A DNA stretch of 61,799 bases, filler included, from Choristocarpus tenellus KU-1152 (taxonomy: Eukaryota; Protista; Phaeophyceae): assembly GCA_964200185.2 (NCBI GenBank). It is 15 parts of 15 records of this genome, joined end to end, with 100 filler letters (N's around TTAATTAATTAA, not from the genome) between each part and the next. Parts side by side here need not be neighbours in the genome. Positions count along the whole stretch, not along the records: positions 43,104 to 50,446 come from CAXNAD020006304.1; positions 50,547 to 53,680 come from CAXNAD020022081.1; positions 53,781 to 56,641 come from CAXNAD020024140.1; positions 56,742 to 61,799 come from CAXNAD020012008.1; 11 more parts are not named here. The stretch is one strand, 5' to 3'. Below, in pieces: positions 50,379 through 61,799 of this stretch (its first letter is position 1; every line of letters begins with the position of its first letter). A model generated the notes under the pieces. The model searched no databases. It was not told the DNA's origin and was given only the letters and a program-made list of their open reading frames with translations. The translations under genes were made by a program, and so were the position numbers.

Positions 50379-51689
50379 CTGGGATGGGGGGAGGGGAGGG
50401 GGGGGTTGAGAGGATGAGTTTGAAGATGTGAGGATTGGTTTATGGCNNNNNNNNNNNNNNNNNNNNNNNNNNNNNNNNNNNNNNNNNNNNTTAATTAATT
50501 AANNNNNNNNNNNNNNNNNNNNNNNNNNNNNNNNNNNNNNNNNNNNGTGTCCTCTCCCGGTCAGAGCTCCGGAAAAGGTTTGGGGGGGGGGGAGGGGGGG
50601 ATTGCACTGGGGCGTCCATTTTGGCCCTTACCTAGTGTTGAAAATGGTATGAAAATGTTGGGAAAATGTCATATTCGAGTGTCTTTAGTCGTGGAGGGTT
50701 GTTCATGTTTCAGAGAAATATTGCATATTTTGAACTTATTATATTTACTTAGCGCTTATTAGATGTTGCAAAGGTAGCCTTTGTGTGGGTCTATTTCTTG
50801 AGTAGGTCGGGTGTTTTGGGTGTTGCTTTGTGATGGAGCGTATATTTATAGAGGTTTATCTCTTGTAGGTTTATCGCCTTGATCGAGTTGGATTAAGGTT
50901 ATGAACTACGGGAAGAGCATGTCATATGCAGCGTAAGCCATATATGTTTGTTAATGACCCTGGGGCCCCGTCAATTTGTCAGGGTGTGAAGGAAGAGTAC
51001 TTGTGCGTTCTATGTACTAGGGCATGCGAGGGGATGAGTTGTTTGCAGGTATACAATTCGCGTTTGTATATTTTTGAGGTGTGTGTATAATTATGTCCCT
51101 TATGGAGTGTAGAATGCCATGTCAATGTGTAAATGTGCAATATTCAGAAGAGACGAAGGGGCGTTCGTTGTTGATTGCTTCCATATATATAGGGTACAAG
51201 GACCGCTGCATATTAGAGACTACACTAGAAGATGCGAAATATTAATTCTGTTTTGATGTATAATTTATTTGTGATGTGAGAACATCTGCTTTTTTAACAC
51301 AGAGAAGTAAACTAAAAATCCCGATGTTAAAATTCTATACATACATCTCAAGACTATATATGGCATATACAAGTAGTCGTAAGGACATATTTGATCGAGA
51401 AACAGGTTCTAAACGTCTATAGTAAATCAAGACAATAACCTAAGGTTAGGTAGCACACATATATAGAAAAAACCCGACTTAGATCTAACACACTATGTAA
51501 TGAATGGAAAATGAATGGCCTCAACAACATCCGATCTCAAATATGATAGGACAGGATGTCCACAACAAGCATGATGTACTTGATGGACGAAGAAAGGGGG
51601 TGATACACGACTATGAATTAGAGAAGGGTATAGCGTGTCTGACGCACTACAACCTCCCTTCCATATTACGGTAATGTTGGAACTGGTTC

Positions 51690-52572
51690 AGAACCAGGAC
51701 CTTGGCTCCGGGTTAGGCTCCGTACTGCTCTATTGTTTCAAGAAGCTGGATATTTCGAACCTCGCCATTCTCCCATTTCACCTCATAAGGGTAGCTGACT
51801 CGCTCCTCTCCCACTGGCTCCGTGTGTCTGGGCTGGTATTTGGTGACGGTCCCTCGCATTCACTTATCGTCCATTCGAAAGTACAGTCCCCTGCCCTTGA
51901 CTCTCGAATAAAGTGTCCCTTCCCCATCTAAATCTGACACAACCCTCAATGGTGGTTCGAGGAGGATGTATGTCTTGGTATCCTTCTCCTCTCTACGGTT
52001 CGCCTGTAGAGTCATCCGCGCCCTGCGTTTGTTGGCACGCTGGGCTGGAGTCTTATCGCAGTCCCTTTTCTCCTTCTCCCGTAGTTGTTCGAGACCCCCT
52101 CGTCGATCTCGTCCTCTGTCACGAATGACCTCAGCCCAGGTGGCAAGGAGGTCTCACCATGCCCACCTTGGTAACGCACAGAGTAAATATATGCCCCAGA
52201 ATCGTCTATGTCAACGTCGCAGACTTGCCCCTAGACGATAGCATCTCCACTCCCACATAAGATGAAAGTGGTGCCTCGGCCGAACTTGGCATTGGATGTG
52301 TCTCCACGTCTGCGATTGTCTTGAGAAACGAACAGGTATCCCGTTGAGGGATTGCCGATTGGATTCCGCAGTGAATCTCTGGTATTGACCAGGGAGGATG
52401 GTGTACGTGTCGTGGAGGTTACCACAAAGGTGTGTGAAGTTAGGGTCGACGATAGCCTGAAGGGGATGACATGGGGACCTGGTTGAGCGACCTGCAGAGC
52501 AACCACGTTTTTTTTGTGTTGATTGGGATGGGGTGACGGGTTAGACCCTGAAGACCATAATGTGCGAGACAA
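51690..52572 (-). pseudogene. Decayed ORF with two Tudor/SH3-barrel-like segments, probably transposon-derived
   Basis: With internal stops and one frameshift near 52100 it reads ...GDAIV*GQVCDVDIDDSGAYIYSVRYQGG...VTEDEIDE...RVKGRGLYFRMDDK*MRGTVTKYQP...YPYEVKWENGEVRNIQLLETIEQYG. Confidence 0.45.
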
Positions 52573-53659
52573 CAGTGTTCGTAGTGGAGAGGTGTTGTTT
52601 GATGGGGTGTTGTTTCCTACCCATGGTATGAACCAAAAACGAACGTAGACAACGCATGAACCCAGAGGAAAAAAATTCTACACAGAACAACTCCATTTTA
52701 GAATATTATATTGCAAAATTCTGTAAGATATGTGATTATGGTGTTTCAAAATTGTAGGCATTTTCGTTTGTACAACAGAATAACACTTAGTAAAATCTAG
52801 CGTAGTTCACCCCATCCATACGTGAGAGGCGAACTGTTGGCACTCCATCGACAAAACTGGCAGTCAACATCTCGAAATCTTCCCTCACAAACACCACCTC
52901 ATCCCCAGCACTGAACATCCCTCCGTACCTGGAATGGTCTCTGGCGTTCCATTTCACGGTCTCCATCTCGTGTATAGTGAACGGCAGGAACTCTAACCCA
53001 TTTTACGTCGGGGACGCGGTGATCGTGTTGTCCCTTCCAGTCGATCCTGTAAGTCGGGAGGTGAATGATCTCCTGCCTTCTGATGGTATCATTCTGGAGT
53101 AATTTATCGAATGTCTTGCATGTACTCTCTTTGGCTGTCCACCCAGTCCTCTAAGGCGTATGGTGTTGTCGTGTGGCGAAAAGATAAAGGTATATTCTCC
53201 TCACTATGTTGATTGCGAGGACATTATAATTGCGAATGATCGAATGCGAGAAAACAATGTTGAATGTAGAGTTAGGATGAATTGTTTTTTGATGGTGATA
53301 CTGGTGTAGAGACGGTGATAGAAACTCCTCGACGACATATTGTGTCTCGTGTGTTTCCTACATTAGAGGCAGGAACACACAGTTGGATGTTGTAACGAAG
53401 GTACTGAGACTCCTCATGTGCTAGTTAGGTCGGAGAAGTGCGTATCAGTCGTGTTAATGACATTTGTGTTTTTTTACTGTTTGCGAAGGCAAGGTGTAAC
53501 CGTTAATTAGTACGATTCAAGATTCTGTAGTTGAAGAGTGTAGGGATGTACCAAGAAATGTCGATATTTGTCGAAGATTATACGTATGTGGAAAAAAAGG
53601 AGGATGTCGAGTGTATGGATGGGGGGGTACCGGCCTTGGTGATGACAGTCTGTCCTTGA

Positions 53660-53680
53660 GGCTCAAAGTATCTGGGGGGG
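53660..53680 (-). mobile_element. MITE family A terminus at contig end
   Basis: GGCTCAAAGTATCTGGGGGGG is the reverse complement of the family A right end. Confidence 0.7.
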
Positions 53681-53780
53681 NNNNNNNNNNNNNNNNNNNN
53701 NNNNNNNNNNNNNNNNNNNNNNNNTTAATTAATTAANNNNNNNNNNNNNNNNNNNNNNNNNNNNNNNNNNNNNNNNNNNN

Positions 53781-53954
53781 CCCTAGAGATCTGGGGGGGG
53801 GGGGGTCTACACGCGGGTGTCCATTTGGGCCAAAACCAGGAAAAGTGCACTTACATTATCCATTCGACGTATGGAACCACATCACACAAAAATCGCGACA
53901 TGAAAAAATTGGCCCCAAATGGACAGCCGCCACCCCCCCCAGATACTTTGAGCC
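53781..53954 (+). mobile_element. MITE family A, near full-length
   Basis: Colinear with 2898-3078 and ends CCCAGATACTTTGAGCC. Confidence 0.88.
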
Positions 53955-55174
53955 ATTATTTAATATTTTTGTTAGTCACAAATCACCCCAGTTACCTGTC
54001 ACCCAAACACAGAACAAAATATAGTTCAAATAGAAAATAGATTTTAAAAAGTCTTAGCTATTACTGCAGGAGAAGCATTTGATGCTTGAAACTATCAAGT
54101 CCCACCCTCTACTTCAATTTTTCTAGTTCAAGTCCAAAAGACTTTTCCTGAACACTTTTTCAAGGGATGGTTGACCCACAATATTATTTGTTTCCCTCCT
54201 AACCCTAACCCTGACTTCTGCCCGTGTAGTGCAACATCTATTTGTTGGCCATCATCAAGGGAGAATGGTTTGTCCAGAATGTGATTTTTTGTCAGGATCC
54301 TGGCCTCTGATGCCTCTATTACAAATCTTGAATTCCCCTTTGCCCACTTTTTCAAGGCAAAAATATACACAGACCCCACAGTTACACGCGTACGCTTTTG
54401 TCTCATCAGCAAAATTTGCGCAGGCAGAGCCCCCTCAGCACACTCCACACCTTCTATATGAGCACGGACCACACAACTCCTTCCTGTGCCCTTCCCCCTC
54501 AGCTGCTCGAGCACTGTGGCCACACTTTCACCCCCTACGGGTTTACCCAGGCAAACACACACCACTCTTTCCGCCTGGGGTTGCTGAAGCACAGTGGTTA
54601 CTAATAGGCGGAGCCTCCCTTCCTGTTTATTCCCCCGGAACAGTCCCATGATACCCATTCACACTTTTGCACCCTGTAATTTTTTCAATGCATTATAATA
54701 TAATCAATAATTTACTATACGTCCATTTTATCTAATACCCTAACGGGTTAGCTATATTTGTCTTAGGATCAGGTCTTTTTCTAATTTTGAGAGCTGTGTA
54801 TGTCTGTTTAATGTTATTACCGCCATGCCCTCTATTATTTCAAGGGATCTGTAGGATGTTAGTAAATTATATGCTTTTGATCTTTCTAAGATAGCAGCCA
54901 GCTTTTTCTTTAAGCGCCACTCTGGGCTTACTTGCAAGGAATACTCGATATCAGTCAGGTACTTCTCTTGTTTACGCATAACCTGTTCTTCGCTTGTTTG
55001 ATTAGCGGTGATGTAATAGTTTGTACCGCTGATCTTTACGGGATCTCTTTTCTCGAAGGTTAGTATCTTGGAGAGGTAAGCAATAAAGCCTTTTATGCAC
55101 TGCAGTGCCCTATCCTATCCATAGGAAGTCAGCAGTCCCCCATTATGATGCAAGTGAGACACAGGAGTACTGAA

Positions 55175-55433
55175 GACTGAAAGTATCTTAGAGGGTCAGA
55201 GTTTTGCCCTGTTTGTCCATTTGGGGCTAGGCTTCCCACGAGCTTCTTACGACATTTTATCTACTCCAAAATGTTTCACAGTAGGTAAAATGTGTACATT
55301 ATTAAAGGGTGTACCTGGAACAAGTATATTGATACTTCCTAAAAAACAAGACGGCCAAAATTACATCAAAATCGCAACATTGAATTTTGGAGCTCAAACG
55401 TACGCGGCTCTTCCCTCCAAGATACTTTGACTC
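55175..55433 (+). mobile_element. MITE family B, full-length 259 bp, perfect 4-bp TSD TGAA
   Basis: TIR GACTGAAAGTATCTTAGAGGG...CCCTCCAAGATACTTTGACTC. TGAA at 55171-55174 and 55434-55437. Confidence 0.92.
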
Positions 55434-56589
55434 TGAACAAGAAGATTATCGCTCGGTTCCTTTATGGTTAGTGGTTCATTTATATATGTGCAATTCTCAA
55501 GCAAGGTGCAACTCTGGTGACAACCGGAATGGAACCAAGTACAAAAGAGGACCTTGTTGCGAGGGACACCAAGGACAAAAAGAAACAGCATCTTTGCTGC
55601 CAAACTTTGGTGTAAGGCACAGATACGAACACAGTAGCACAAATAAAGCGCATTCCACACTTCCATCTCAATCCCTTAGTCCTGCAGCTCCCACTACTAA
55701 CGTTTACTGTGCTGGAAGGTTTGATGAGGAAAGTTGTTACCCCCATATGTCCACATACACCTTGAACGACACCCTTATTTTTACCCTTTGCGTGGCTGGA
55801 GATACGACGCAAAAGTAGTTTTTTTGGGGATGACTATCCTCATATCACTTTCTGCAAGAACTCTTTTCACTGGGAACAATGATTGCAACAGAGGGGAGAA
55901 CAGTGCCAGACTGCTATCTAACACCGATTGCTGGGTAAGTGGTGGAAATCAAGACAAATATCCCTCAGGGATATTTGTCAAACCCATGTGTAGCTTTGAG
56001 TGCAAGGAAACTTATGTGCGGTTAGTGGGTTAAAGCACTCTCACATAGTCATTTGTGTGAAGTCAAACTTACTGGTTTCCGGATCAAAGAAGAAAACCTG
56101 GAAGGGGAGCAAATCACAAATGTGAATGACCTCAAATATTTGTAATTGGGAAAAACAAAACTCCTCTACTTCTAGCACGTCGCTTCAATCCTCCTGCAAT
56201 GTACCAGAGTTGGACCATAACAAGTAGGTGGGGTGGGGTGGTCTCGTTTGGAGTCCTCATACCCACACGTTAAGAATACCCATCAAAAAGCAACCACGTT
56301 CCATTTTGTTCTTTGAACAGATTCAAAAATGCTTATTTTTGCTGCTCCATATTTCAATATATATATTTTCTATAAAGAAACATACTATGATATTAATACG
56401 TTTAGTAGCATAATGTTTAAGGTACAGGTAGAGTGAATAGGGTACCATCGCCATAACATGGTCAACCCGAGTGTCAGGAATATTTAACCTGGTTGGCCAT
56501 AGACAAAATGTTTTATATGACCGAGTCCATGACCATCAATTGTTTCAATATGGTGGTGCCACAGGCCGGCCTGCAGTCATTTGGCCGAT

Positions 56590-56641
56590 GACCCCAAGTA
56601 TCTGGGGGGCGGGGGGGGGGGTCTACACCAGGGGTCCATTT
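56590..56641 (+). mobile_element. MITE family A left end at contig end
   Basis: GACCCCAAGTATCTGGGGG...GTCTACACCAGGGGTCCATTT. Confidence 0.8.
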
Positions 56642-56912
56642 NNNNNNNNNNNNNNNNNNNNNNNNNNNNNNNNNNNNNNNNNNNNTTAATTAATTAANNN
56701 NNNNNNNNNNNNNNNNNNNNNNNNNNNNNNNNNNNNNNNNNGGCATGTATGAATATGGAAATGTGGTATAAATAGCCCCCCCTCCCCACCCCCCCCCCCC
56801 CCCCCACACACACACACCATATCTTTAGTGAGCCCTAACCCTATCCCCTATTATCCCATATATGTTTATTGTGTCCTTCACACGACAATGTGGTCATTGT
56901 GCATGGCTCAAG

Positions 56913-59900
56913 GATGGGAGCTCAAGACTATAGACATGTTTATCGAGGAGCTCCTTCACACGGATATATGCTGCAACATTGCATTGCCCCGATTACCAAA
57001 GAGGAATGCCCTGGAGGACTCTAAGCTCCTTAAGGGGGCCAGAATTAGTGTGCTGGAGGAAGATTGGGATGCTGATGAGGCACAGGTGGGTGGGGAGGGG
57101 GGGGGAGAGGGTTAATGGTTTAACAGAAAGGAGTTGGGTATCAAAAAGTGGTGTGAGTTGAAAGGCTGTTCTTGAATGCTTTTTCTGTTTCCGTGTGTGG
57201 TCTTGTGTGTATGTGTGTATGCTTCCTGATGTACTGTATGAGATGTAGGGTGTGAAGAATGCATTGTATTGCTGAAGTATCACGACCTTACATCTCAAAA
57301 TTTGAAATTTGAATAATATTCTATTCATTTTTTTTTCCTTCAAGTTTAGTTTTAGAGTAAGCTTGTTTTTCTATTTTTTTTTTAAGTAGTAGGGATCCTT
57401 GTTCTTGCTTTGTTGTTTTTTTCCAAGTATTTGTCATCATATTTTGACGGCAAGTTGCTGAGAATTTTGCATTATTTTGGCACCCCACCACCCAAGTCCT
57501 TCCCTGTCAAGAGTTTTGTGCTGATGTGTGTAATTTATAAACCTTGACTTTCAAGGAACAGTTGCAATGAGCCCCTGTGAAACATTTTAAACTTTGAGGC
57601 AAATGGTTCCTTGGATTGAGTGAATCTGTGTATGAGCTTGTGCCTAAGAGTTGGTAGATTAGGCAGGCGTGCATGACAAAAGTAATGGTGTTGGGCAGCA
57701 CATTCCAAATTTCTATTTCGACGTTGAAGAGCTCTATTTTTTATTTTTTTTATTTCTATTCAATGATCTGTGAGCAGAAACATAAAGCGAAACAGTTAAT
57801 TGAATGTGGTATTCAAACCAACTGCTATGTCTGGGAGGAGACACTGTATAGTCCACCATGGTATTGTTGAGAGAGACAGGTGGGCATTAATATGTTCATA
57901 CGAACATTGTAACCTGTTTTGGTGATGGTCGATGATATTTTAATTGTGAGCATTTGTCGTAGTAGTGGGTGCCTGCTACTTTTTTAATTGTGAGCTGCGC
58001 AGTGACGAGACTTGGATGTTTTAGTTGAGTTAGTTGAGTTAGTTGAGTTAGTTGTGTTGTTGTTTGCCGCCTCTTTTCCTCCTATCTGAGACAGCACCTT
58101 CGAAAGTGTGATGGTGGTATGCAGCAATGGAAATGAAACGGTTGAGGTTGTGTTTGTATGTATGAATTATATGTGTATGTATGTGTGTGTATGTATGTAT
58201 TATATGTGTTTGTATTTATGTATTTTATGTGTTTGTGTGTATGTATTATATGTGTTTGTATTACGTGTTCTGTGTCCTTCCTCTGATGGAGGTTGAGGCC
58301 TGTGGCATCTGGCTCACGTTCTTTTTTTTCTTGCTAATAAGAATATAAATAATATATATATATTGGCAGGGGGACAACATCGGTCTCTCTGGTAGAGGAT
58401 ATCTTTTCAGTGTGAAATTTTTTGATGACAGTTCTTATCGTTGTGTTTTTGGTTCTAACTCCTTGAATAGGGAGGTGCCGTTATAAGAACCTATGGGTAT
58501 TCCCGTAGTTCTTGCTGGATAGTAAGCCGTCAATTAGTGGTGGAAGGGGTCCAATGTGTAAGACTACCATCGTAACTTCTCTTGCTTGTGCTGGTCAAGA
58601 GTCCTAACCCTAGCCCTATCCCCCAAGCTTTATTTTTTTTGCTTACTAATGGAGTATGCACTGATTTATGTCGAACTGGCTGGGTTTGGTGTCACAACAT
58701 GAGTGAGAAAAAAAGATACTTGTTTTTGGTGATCTATCCTTTTTTTATTTTTGGTGGTGGGGTTTGCTAGCATTAGGAAGGATTACCTTGCATGCTCGAT
58801 GTGGCCTTGTACTTAAATCAAGTAATCGTCATGTTGTCTCTCGCCGCTGGCGATGCAAACCACCGACTCTATGTATGGACTGTGGACTATCTATAGTACG
58901 TTCAAAATGCCTGCATATTTTTTTAACAAACCTGCATCAATGGTCTTGTTTTGTACAGAGTTGGGCTTCTATTAACATATGGAGCGCGCTGATTGCATTT
59001 TGGTAGCTCCAGGCATAACCACAAATTTGATTATTTTGTTTAGAATGGTGGTACACTCTGTAGGTATCGTGTGATTCCCATCATAGTAAGGATATAATAA
59101 AAATATCTATGCATTTTTTCTGTTTTTAATTTACTGCATCTTTGGTAGGTAGAGTTTTTCATTTTTGTTTAGATGAAGAGACGGTGGCATGGTTAGTCTC
59201 CTGAGCGAAGTGTTTATTCAAGAGTTTTGTCAGAAGAATGTTATTTTCCATTTCAAGAGGATGTCAGGCGCTGAAACAGGGAATATATGCACGCGTTATT
59301 AGCAAGCCAAGCCACATTGTTCTTCTCAACTCAATTTCTTCACCTGCTATGATGTATGTTAACCTACCACTTGGATCCAAGGCAAGGCCTTAACCTGAAT
59401 GGGTGGCATATTTTGAATCTTATTTATATCTGTCTTGAGAATATGTAAGGGTGGGGTAACGTAACAACATTAGGGTGTATGGGTGAGGCAGGTCATGCTG
59501 TATTGTGTGTCCCTGTTTATTATGGTGTGTATGGCATGGTGTGGAAATGCATTGACTGACTTCATGTAACATTTCCGCGTTTTTGCTGGCCAAGAAAAGG
59601 TACTGTGAACGATAATGTGGCACAATCGGTGGACAAAAAAAGATACATGTATTGGTGGGAAAAAAAAGAGAAACTTCCACCAATTTTATACCAAGAAAAT
59701 GTAACTACAATATAGATGTATCATATCAGTTTGTTTTTTTTACTGATTTGTTTAATGTTTTTTTTTTAACCCTTTTTGCGGGCAAAGCCTTCTATCGATA
59801 GATACAGTTTATTATGCATCTGGACAAGAGTATGTTATGTCCTGTTATTGGCTTTAACCCCAAGACCCTCTCATGTTTTATTAACCTGGATCACTACAGG

Positions 59901-61799
59901 CAGCAGCAAATCTGGATGATGAAGACAATGCAAGTGGTGATGATGGTATGGACAGGTACCTTGTACGTGGAGGAGTGAGAGAGCGAGACAGAGATAGGGA
60001 CAGGGACAGGGACAGGGATAGGAGCCGGGACAGGAGGGGCAGGGGCAGGAGCAGGAGTCGCAGCCGAAGCAAGGGGAGGGGGAGGGGGAGGGGTAGGAGC
60101 CGGGAGCGCGATCGGGAAGTTGGTAGGGATAGCAAGGCGGAGGGCTGGGAGAAGGAAAAGGGGGGTGGATTGGAGGGGAGGCATGATGATGGCGATGAGC
60201 CTGCATCTGTTGATGGGGAGGAGAGCAGCAACAGGAAGGTATGGTGCAAGGGAGGAAGGGGTTAGGGTTAGGGTTGGGGTGTTAGTTGCAGTGGATTGGC
60301 TGTGGATTAGGAATGCATGTAGAGGTGTAGTGTGCAGCGAGGTGTGGCTATTCTCAAGAAATTGGAGATTGACTAACTGTAGGGGGTTTTTGAGGTTGGT
60401 GTCACTGTAGTATTGGGGTTAATTGTTGCTGGTAATAGCAAGGCCTGATCATGTCGACAACTATTTCAAACTGTTAACATAGCTTAGCGTTTAAACCGTT
60501 AGTCTTACCCTGTAAACTGTTATATATTCTTACCATGTAGACTGTTACGCTGTGTGTGTCCTTGCTGTGGGTAGAGGTTAATTGTGTTAAGTGTGGAGGG
60601 CTAGGGTTGGGGTTGGTGTTAGGGTTTTGTAAAGAGAGTGAAATGGGCAGCGTTTTTTGTGATTATAAAGTTGTTCGAGTGTACTCTACTTCTGTTACTT
60701 TTGAATTTTTTATACCATGTTAACTAACTTAATGGACGACTCTCTTTGGTGGTAACTCTATTAGAGCCACTTTGAACCTGGAGAATTTGACCCCAATTAT
60801 AGAATGTAATATTCATTAGGGCTAGTACTGCAAATGGGAAGGGATACATGTGAAAGATATGATTACAATCGCTGAAGCATTCTGATTGGTCGATTATTGG
60901 GTGAAAAGGTTTTTTTCTTTTTGTTGAGGGAATCGCCCAAGTGACGTCTCTTTGCCTCCACCACCTGAACATCGATGCACTTTGAAACATACCACAAGAG
61001 TTCGGTTTGTCTACTGTCTTGTGGTTGACCTGACCACTCATCCGTCCTACAATCCATAGATAAATACATTATGTATGGTCTGCTGCCTCCTTCCGCCTAT
61101 GTAGGTGTATTGTGGGTGTATTCACTCCGGTCTGAGTGTTGTGAGTTCAGTTCTGATAAACTGTAGCTCTAGTCCTAACCCAGACGCTTTTCATACCCTG
61201 TAACTAGCGATAGCCTCAGTGGTCCAGAGTGAGAGCACACAGGTCTTTCCTGCAGAGACTGTGTGAGCCATTCTCTTATCCTAGTCAGCCATGTACTGGA
61301 GGAGTTGTGATTGTTCACAAGTACAAACATGAATATTGTATTAGCCCCATTTGTCTGCTAAATGCCTTCTACACCTTACCAACTCCAACTGGTGTGGTTC
61401 ACGGCAGACACGAACGGTTACATCGCTTGAGATTGCTGCTAGGGAAGCCCTTGCTCTGTCTCTTATCCGAGACATAGCTGACGACACGTTGGGCAGCTCT
61501 GCAAGAGGAAGAGATCGAGATGGAGCTAAGGGGCACAAGGACACCAATGATGTGGATAAGGATAAACAGAGGGGTGATGACCAACGCAACGGGGGTGATG
61601 CTCCTGGCAGGATCAGGAGTGAGAGTAATGATAGGGGGGGTTCTGTTGGGCGTGAGCGTGCGTTCCCCATGGTTCGAGACAGGGACATGGATGAAAGCAG
61701 AGGCAGTGTTTTAGGGGGGGGGGGGAAGGAGAGAAGTCGAAGGGGGAAAGGGTTAGGGATGGGGGGAGGGGGGAGGAAAAAGAGAAAGAAACGGATAGG
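56913..61799 (+). CDS. PRP38: Pre-mRNA splicing factor 38A-like with RS/RD-rich tail, partial
   Basis: Exon 56913-57085 reads WELKTIDMFIEELLHTDICCNIALPRLPKRNALED...RISVLEED (end of the PRP38 domain). Exon 59900-60238 is RD/RS-rich. Exon 61408-61799 is open to the window end. All joins are phase 0. Confidence 0.85.
58021..58054. repeat. Short tandem repeat (TTAGTTGAG) x about 4 in an intron
   Basis: Read directly. Confidence 0.8.

Noticed and set aside
3387-56741. Regularly recurring TTAATTAATTAA palindromes flanked by Ns
   Set aside because: Identical 100-bp artificial linkers joining contigs. ORFs ending in ...XXXLIN are artefacts, and gene neighbourhoods across linkers are meaningless.
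59871-60249. Pro/Ser/Leu-rich minus-strand ORFs
   Set aside because: Antisense shadows of the RD/RS-rich PRP38 exon.

Overview
This is not a continuous locus. It is 15 short eukaryotic contigs (about 2.6-7.3 kb) joined by 14 artificial 100-bp linkers (N44-TTAATTAATTAA-N44), so adjacency across a linker has no biological meaning. The DNA is intron-rich (GT-AG), repeat-rich and scattered with short TTAGGG tracts. This fits a stramenopile, probably a brown alga, but the taxonomy is my inference. Partial spliced genes rebuilt by hand with phase-compatible exons: PWP2, a ferric reductase/NOX-family oxidoreductase, a BAF (barrier-to-autointegration factor)-like protein, a TTLL3-like tubulin glycylase with a GC-AG intron, an ARSB-like arylsulfatase, a TtcA-family tRNA thiolase, a MAP2K-like kinase 3' end, PRP38 and two unknown genes. 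Mobile DNA: a decayed CRE-like non-LTR retrotransposon with a RING finger, a Ty3/Gypsy pol with WLDD and a chromo-like plus Tudor-like tail, a Ty1/Copia gag-pol, and two high-copy MITE families that share AAAGTATCT termini and make 4-bp target-site duplications (TSDs). Best leads: (1) tandemly duplicated splice acceptors at two PWP2 exons, where every upstream copy would give a premature stop or frameshift; (2) the paired MITE families, with an in-window filled/empty site comparison; (3) the BAF-like gene; (4) two paralogous GT...AG-bounded units that could be introner-like or LTR-like; (5) chromatin-reader or ubiquitin-type domains on retroelements. No CRISPR array, tRNA or rRNA was seen.
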